Assembly: GCA_003345595.1 (NCBI GenBank)
Contig: PRDI01000099.1
Location: forward strand, 1 to 64,000
Length of the DNA stretch: 64,000 nt
Origin: Candidatus Thorarchaeota archaeon
Lineage (GTDB): Archaea > Asgardarchaeota > Thorarchaeia > Thorarchaeales > Thorarchaeaceae
Direction of reading: 5' to 3'
Part shown: piece by piece, positions 58,727 through 64,000 of the stretch
Layout of the letters: every line of letters begins with the position of its first letter
How positions within the stretch are numbered: position 1 is the first letter of the stretch
Program-made: the position numbers and the translations under genes
The notes under the pieces: generated by a model
What the model saw: the letters and a program-made list of their open reading frames with translations, nothing else
What the model was told of the DNA's origin: nothing
Databases searched by the model: none

Positions 58727-59602
58727 ACGACTCAGACCTATGAGGTGTTCCTCGGGTGCGCGATTCCCAATCGTTTCAATAACTATGAGGCATCAATGAG
58801 GGCGGTCGCGAAGGAGCTGGAAGTCGAGCTTCTGGACTTTGAGGGCGCATCATGTTGTGGGACGGTAGTTCTGAAGTCCATCGATGAACCTAGCTGGCTG
58901 GCCCTGTCGGGGAGGAACATCGCACTTGCGGAGAAGCGCGGACACGACATAGTCACCCCCTGCAATGGCTGCTTTGGATCGCTCAAGGATACTGCTCACA
59001 TCTTGAACCATGATGAGGCTGTGCGGAAGACGACTAACAAGACGCTGATGGCACTCGGGCTCAAGTTCACAGGCAGGGCCAAGATACGACACTTTGTCGA
59101 GGTTCTGTACGACATGAGAAACGAGATCAAGGGCAGAATCGTGAAACCACTCACTGGACTCAGAATTGCGTTTCACCCGGGATGCCATCTTCTACGACCC
59201 TCGACAGTTGCTGGTTTCGACGACCCTGAGCTTCCTCACAAAGTCGATGAGCTTCTGGAGCTGACTGGTGCGAGGAGCATACCTTGGGGGCTCAAGTTGA
59301 GATGCTGCGGTTCGCCTCTGCTCATTGCCAGCGAAGCCGTTGCTTCAAGCGTGCTGAAGGAGAAGATGATATCAGCGAGAGAGGCCGGCGCTAGTTGTGT
59401 CGTCACCAATTGCCCTGCATGTCACACACAGTTTGACGTTCAGGTCCTCGGACTGAAGGATGAGGGCGGTCAGCCACTTGAATTGCCCGCGCTGTTCGTG
59501 ACCCAAGTTCTTGGTCTGGCCATGGGTCTGGAGCCCGACAGCTTGGGCCTTCAACTGAATAGGGTTTCACTTGACCCAATTCGTGATGTGCTTGGTATCT
59601 AG
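58727..59602 (+). CDS. hdrB: Heterodisulfide reductase subunit B (copy 3); start uncertain (ACG 58727 or GTG 58745)
   Basis: FLGC, CCG, CNGC, GCH, CCGS, CPAC. Confidence 0.92.
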   Translation, partial: TTQTYEVFLGCAIPNRFNNYEASMRAVAKELEVELLDFEGASCCGTVVLKSIDEPSWLALSGRNIALAEKRGHDIVTPCNGCFGSLKDTAHILNHDEAVRKTTNKTLMALGLKFTGRAKIRHFVEVLYDMRNEIKGRIVKPLTGLRIAFHPGCHLLRPSTVAGFDDPELPHKVDELLELTGARSIPWGLKLRCCGSPLLIASEAVASSVLKEKMISAREAGASCVVTNCPACHTQFDVQVLGLKDEGGQPLELPALFVTQVLGLAMGLEPDSLGLQLNRVSLDPIRDVLGI

Positions 59603-59644
59603 GTTCGGAATAAGTGGTTTTGACCCAGATGGTCTACTTGTACA

Positions 59645-60214
59645 CTACGGGTTGAGCTTACTGTCACCATAGAATAAGTCTGCCAGGCGTCTTCTGGCAT
59701 CGCGCACGCATTCTTTCTTGCCACTCACCTGCAGGTGTCTGTCACCATCGAGCGATATACGAACGCGACAGTCCTCGGCGAGTTCTGAGATGACTTCGAC
59801 TGGTATCTCCTCAGGCAGTTTGATGCGGAAGAATGCGATATCTTTCTCTCTTGGGAGGTCAGTTATTGGTGTCTTGGGCTCCTCTGGCAGACGCCGACCC
59901 TTCCCTGCCACAGCATCATCGAATCTCCTCTCCCAAGTCCGACGAACTGCTTGACCGTCTTTCTGCTCGGCCCAGATCATCAGGGTTTCCTTGAGTCGGA
60001 GCATCCGGAGTTCCATCTCAGACCTCAGCTCTTCGTCTTGGCTGCCCTCAGAAGAAATCTCATGCTCGAATGCCCTGAGGTACTCAATGGACATCTTACT
60101 GTTCCTCAGGTCCGCGTAGGTGAGGTCGGGTATGAACACACCTTTGCTCCTCAGGTCGCCAAGCAGGTCATTCAGGACCATCCAGCCTGCAAGTAGAGCC
60201 TCTGCAGAAGTCAC
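59645..60214 (-). CDS. DUF2096-like protein
   Basis: WMVLNDLLGDLRSKG...DLRNSK, LPRE...FRIKLPEEIP...VSGKKECV pattern recalled for this archaeal family. Confidence 0.7.
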   Translation of the reverse strand: MTSAEALLAGWMVLNDLLGDLRSKGVFIPDLTYADLRNSKMSIEYLRAFEHEISSEGSQDEELRSEMELRMLRLKETLMIWAEQKDGQAVRRTWERRFDDAVAGKGRRLPEEPKTPITDLPREKDIAFFRIKLPEEIPVEVISELAEDCRVRISLDGDRHLQVSGKKECVRDARRRLADLFYGDSKLNP

Positions 60215-60267
60215 ATTATCACTCCTTCAGCATCGCTTCAATCTCTTGGATATGCTTGTCGGTTCAA

Positions 60268-60444
60268 TCACTTTCCAGAGCGGAGTAGACAGACAGCCAT
60301 GCCAATCAGGATGACTCCGGCGACGAGCGACAGAGCATTCCAAGTGGGGTCATAAGGAACCGTGCCCGGAGTGAACCCAGCAAGTATCACCAGTACAATT
60401 CCGAAAAGGACGAGCAGAATGCTCGGTAGCGCTAACCTTCTCAT
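60268..60444 (-). CDS. 58-aa 2-TM microprotein (not in ORF track)
   Basis: MRRLALPSILLVLFGIVLVILAGFTPGTVPYDPTWNALSLVAGVILIGMAVCLLRSGK; ATGA overlap with the upstream stop. Confidence 0.78.
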   Translation of the reverse strand: MRRLALPSILLVLFGIVLVILAGFTPGTVPYDPTWNALSLVAGVILIGMAVCLLRSGK

Positions 60445-61727
60445 GTTCCAATCGCCTTCGACTCGATTTCCTTTGGAGGTTCATGTGATTCCTCGTGCGA
60501 TTCAGGAGTGCTGTCTGACGACACGTACCTTCGTGTCCATAAGAAGCCGATCGATGCACAGAATAGGGACAGGAAACACACGACAGCTACATTCCCTATG
60601 GAGTTACGGGGAATGATCCCCCCACCAGATAACAGGGGGGATGGACGAAAGCTCTCTCCTGTACGTGCGTCCACTGAGTACTCAGATACACTCACTCCCC
60701 ACGGCCCGGTTACATTATACTCGAAAGTCCATGTGAGTCTGAACTCCCAAGATTGCGACGTAGGTATGGCATACGGCCAGGGCTCAAGCCGAAGGCATAC
60801 CCGTCTCTCCGAGTAGCTCGCCACATACGAGATTGCCACGTTTCTGGCAAGACTCACATCAACAAGCCCTTCTGTGCCAGCTTTCGGAATGTCAAGAGCC
60901 ATGTATCCAAAATAGAAGACTCGTCCAGTTATTGCGTCGATTTCTATCAGCACGCCTTGAAGCCACTTGACTGGAAAAACCTCACCGGTTGGTATCGCCA
61001 ATTCGATGTGGTATACCGGACGTGAGTAGTTCTCAGGCGGGCCGGGTTCTGTGTCGACCTGTCGGTACTCCAACCTAGTGTCAATCAACCTTGTAGAGCG
61101 GGGAAGTGTGTAGTTATGTGAATAGAGGAAGTCGCGAGAAATGACTCGTGCTTGGCTCGGGTCTATCACTCTGCCATCTGGGTTCATGGGGGTAAGAATC
61201 CAACTATGATGGGACGAGAACTCGGATGACCAAACCTCGTAATACATAGCGACCTTCCCTGACACAGAGTTCACAGAAACACGAACGTAGAGCCCATGGA
61301 GCATCATTGGCCCCGTATATGAGTCGTTAGTGAACGTGTAGTGCCAGAGTCGTCCTTCCATACCGCCCTGTGGATTGTCAAGGACTCCATCGCTGACTAG
61401 TGACTTGAGATTACTGTCGATGAAGGCATTTGCTAGATCAAGACCCGCAGTGTCCGAGATGGCTGGCTCATCAAGGGTCAACAGGTAGGTGTGTGAGAAT
61501 CCTAGGGCCTCCTGCCATTCACCAGTGAAGATGACCGAATCACTATCATTGGCCGCCAGCGATGCATACACAGTCTCCGATATCGGTTCCCCCGGCAGAG
61601 GGATTGTTAGGGCATCATTCCTGGTACTCTGATAGATTGTATAGGGAACTAGCATACCCATGACTACAGAAACAAGCAGTACGGCGGTGATGGGAGTCTG
61701 GAAGCCTACTGAAGACATAGGAATCAC
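60441..61727 (-). CDS. Doubly anchored extracellular protein with three PepSY-like repeats
   Basis: N- and C-terminal TMs; VSVNSVSGKV, IEIDAITGRV, YSVDARTGE; sequons. Confidence 0.75.
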   Translation of the reverse strand: MIPMSSVGFQTPITAVLLVSVVMGMLVPYTIYQSTRNDALTIPLPGEPISETVYASLAANDSDSVIFTGEWQEALGFSHTYLLTLDEPAISDTAGLDLANAFIDSNLKSLVSDGVLDNPQGGMEGRLWHYTFTNDSYTGPMMLHGLYVRVSVNSVSGKVAMYYEVWSSEFSSHHSWILTPMNPDGRVIDPSQARVISRDFLYSHNYTLPRSTRLIDTRLEYRQVDTEPGPPENYSRPVYHIELAIPTGEVFPVKWLQGVLIEIDAITGRVFYFGYMALDIPKAGTEGLVDVSLARNVAISYVASYSERRVCLRLEPWPYAIPTSQSWEFRLTWTFEYNVTGPWGVSVSEYSVDARTGESFRPSPLLSGGGIIPRNSIGNVAVVCFLSLFCASIGFLWTRRYVSSDSTPESHEESHEPPKEIESKAIGT

Positions 61728-61838
61728 GATTGCCTAACGATGCCGTATGTTGACGTGTGCGGGAATAACTCTATCATTAGAGCTGCCAAAGGCATCAATG
61801 ACCTAGTTTTAGAGCTGATCGGATTCATCACCATGAAT

Positions 61839-62333
61839 CTATGAACCAGTGCGCGCGTACCTCCAAAGGCTCAGAGTTTCAAACCAGAACACGCACACCG
61901 AAAACACCAGTACCACCGTGAGAAGGAGAAAGGCCGGTGTTGGAACCCAGTCAAAGAGCAGCAGAGTGGCTATCAAGAAGCACGTTGTGAAGACTGCGTA
62001 GAAGACGTAGCGTGGGATGAGGAGCCTTCCTATGACAACAAAGAATGTGAGTATCCCTGTCTTGACCACCTTGGCTGCAAAGAAGCCCTCTTGAACATCC
62101 CTTTCCACTAGGCCGAGTTTCTCCAGCTTGTCCAGATGATACAGAGCAAGGCTGGGGCTAGAGATATTGGTCCTGCGCTGAATCTCCCTCGCGCTAAGGG
62201 GCTTGTTTTGTCGCAAGAGAAAGATGTAGACCGCCAGAGTCCTGCCCTTGACCTGATCGACATTTCCTGGAGCGCCCAAACGAAACATACTCCCGCTTGG
62301 CGCCGGGTAGATAGACTGGAAACTTATGAGCAT
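61839..62333 (-). CDS. Membrane-anchored winged-helix regulator (wHTH + 2 TM), paralogue of 46275..46745; true start may be downstream
   Basis: VKGRTLAVYIFLL...AREIQR...SSPSLALYHLDKL...PRYVFYA + 2 TM. Confidence 0.85.
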   Translation of the reverse strand: MLISFQSIYPAPSGSMFRLGAPGNVDQVKGRTLAVYIFLLRQNKPLSAREIQRRTNISSPSLALYHLDKLEKLGLVERDVQEGFFAAKVVKTGILTFFVVIGRLLIPRYVFYAVFTTCFLIATLLLFDWVPTPAFLLLTVVLVFSVCVFWFETLSLWRYARTGS

Positions 62334-62509
62334 TCCGCATTTCCAGAGTTACGATTGTGCTCCAACTTCGAGCTGTACAAGCTAGGACAAAGAGCACACA
62401 CGCAAACTGATTACGGATGTCCACCCGCACGGCTCGGAATGTTGACCATATCCAAGTCAATCCATCTAGGGCCACAGCTGCTCGGGCGAAGTTTCCTAAT
62501 AAGCTAGGT

Positions 62510-64000
62510 CTATTCCTTGAGCATTGCCTCTATCTCTTCCATGTAGCTCTTCTCACGCCACCAACGCAAATCACGAGCACCTGTCGGGCAGATTGCAGCA
62601 CATGCACCGCAACCCTTGCACCTCATTTCATCGGTCACGCTCTTCTTGACCCCCGGCGAAACCTCCATCATGGTGATTGCGTCGTAGGGGCAAATCTCAG
62701 AGAAGTGACAAAGATCACAGCCGACACATAGATCCTGATCTACTTCTGCGGTGAGCAGTTCAATCTCGACCTTGCCTAGATTGAGCGGGATGCAGGTTTC
62801 ACTAGCCGCGGCACGACCCTGATTGATCGAGTCTGCCACGTTCTTCGCATATGTTGTACCCAAGAACACACCCGGTACTGTGGTTTCAACAGGTCGGAAC
62901 TTCATGTGCATCTCACGCAGGAACCCATCCTGTCCCCTGTTGATGCCCATGGCCTTCACGAGGTCAGCCACATCATGCGGAGCTTCAAGGCCCACTGCAA
63001 GCACAACCATATCTGACCTGATCTTGAATGCCTGCTGCGACAGAGTGTCATAGACTGTAACTATCGCCTCATCTGCGTCTGGCGCCTTCTCTACGGTGAC
63101 GGGCCTCTCACGGACCCATCGAAGATACGTGACGCCCTCCTGCCTGTTCTCACGCCACATCTCCTCCATTCCAGTTTCATAGGGCCGGATGTGCTCCTTG
63201 AAGGCTGAGAATACTCTGATGCTTGGAAACATCTCCTTGAGCTCATGCTGCATGGCCACAATCGCAGAACAACAGACTCTGGAGCAGTATCTGTTGCCCT
63301 CACCCGGATTCTGTCTTGAACCCACACAGTGTATGAAGATGGGGTTCTTGGGCGGTGTCTTGACCTCATCATTCCTGAGCTTCTTCTCAAGGTCTAGCGT
63401 GGTCATGACCCCCGGCACCTCACCCCACCCGTACTCGCCCTTCTTGGGCTGATAGGTGTCAGTGCCAACAGGCATGAGAATCGAGCCGACCTTGTACGTT
63501 GTTCGTTCCTTGGTCGCGACGTTCTCGACTGCCACATCGTAGTTCCCATACGCCCCTTCAAGCCCCATGGGTCTTGAGTTCAGAACAACCTTGATTCTCT
63601 TCTCTTTGCCCACGCGAGCCGTCAAATCGTCCACAATGTCCTTCGCAGACTCCATCTTCGGAAACAGTCGATGCAGTTCGTTAAGTCTTCCACCAAGGCG
63701 TTCAGACTTCTCAACTAGAATGACATCGAAGCCCCGTCTGGTGATATCCAGTGCCGCCGTCATCCCAGACACTCCGCCACCGACGACCATCGCGGTTCTG
63801 ACCACGTCGATGGACTTCATTGGGATGACTTCATTGTTGATTGCCTTTGCCACGGCGCTACGGATCATGTCCTGAGCTTTCTCTTGGCGTTCCTCAGCGG
63901 TCGCTCTGGCGTTCACAAGAGAGAGTTGTTCCCTCAGACCCACAGGACCGACGAAGTAGTATCTTGAGAGACCTGCTCTCTCCAGTACACCTCTGAAAGT
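62510..64000 (-). CDS. hdrA: Second HdrA-like protein, 5' end outside the window
   Basis: Frame open to 64000 (TFRGVLERAGLSRYYF...); GGGVSG, HCVGSR, CSRVCC, HMKFRPV, C-terminal ferredoxin. Confidence 0.9.
   Translation of the reverse strand, partial: TFRGVLERAGLSRYYFVGPVGLREQLSLVNARATAEERQEKAQDMIRSAVAKAINNEVIPMKSIDVVRTAMVVGGGVSGMTAALDITRRGFDVILVEKSERLGGRLNELHRLFPKMESAKDIVDDLTARVGKEKRIKVVLNSRPMGLEGAYGNYDVAVENVATKERTTYKVGSILMPVGTDTYQPKKGEYGWGEVPGVMTTLDLEKKLRNDEVKTPPKNPIFIHCVGSRQNPGEGNRYCSRVCCSAIVAMQHELKEMFPSIRVFSAFKEHIRPYETGMEEMWRENRQEGVTYLRWVRERPVTVEKAPDADEAIVTVYDTLSQQAFKIRSDMVVLAVGLEAPHDVADLVKAMGINRGQDGFLREMHMKFRPVETTVPGVFLGTTYAKNVADSINQGRAAASETCIPLNLGKVEIELLTAEVDQDLCVGCDLCHFSEICPYDAITMMEVSPGVKKSVTDEMRCKGCGACAAICPTGARDLRWWREKSYMEEIEAMLKE

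Noticed and set aside
47781-64000. Hdr cluster as evidence of methanogenesis
   Set aside because: No mcr, mtr or cofactor genes in the window, and Hdr is widespread in non-methanogens
1-64000. CRISPR arrays, transposases, integrases, prophage, rRNA or tRNA genes
   Set aside because: No regularly spaced repeats, DDE/tyrosine-recombinase motifs or RNA gene signatures seen; intergenic gaps are short. Reading by eye could miss intron-containing tRNAs

Overview
Gene-dense archaeal chromosomal segment with no rRNA, tRNA, CRISPR array or recognisable mobile element. TATA-box promoters, GGAGG/GGTGA ribosome-binding sites, frequent TTG/GTG starts, HdrABC, TrmB-MEDS, LRR proteins and Thr-linker surface proteins point to an anaerobic archaeon, most likely an Asgard (Thorarchaeia-like) lineage; the taxon is an inference. 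The left half carries peptidases, methyltransferases, an HTH + two bPH_2 operon divergent from an ABC exporter, two LRR paralogues, a zinc-type ferredoxin, acyl-CoA dehydrogenase, ArsB, a short-form AlaRS, a zinc-finger Regnase-like nuclease and ahcY. The right half is an energy-metabolism region: acyl-CoA ligase, 2-hydroxyacyl-CoA dehydratase plus activator, a four-subunit 2-oxoacid:ferredoxin oxidoreductase, three hdrCB pairs, a 1151-aa double-HdrA/MvhD fusion, DUF2096 and a second, divergent HdrA cut by the window end. Best leads: (i) a twice-repeated cassette of a membrane-anchored winged-helix regulator followed by a variable extracellular membrane-anchored protein; (ii) the asymmetric single-chain HdrA pseudo-dimer with three HdrBC modules and no hydrogenase in view; (iii) the HTH/bPH_2/ABC divergon with a symmetric palindromic TATA box and repeated operator; (iv) two small genes missed by the ORF track, a candidate ACG start codon, and a candidate structured sRNA. 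All product calls come from motif recognition by eye; no database search was run.
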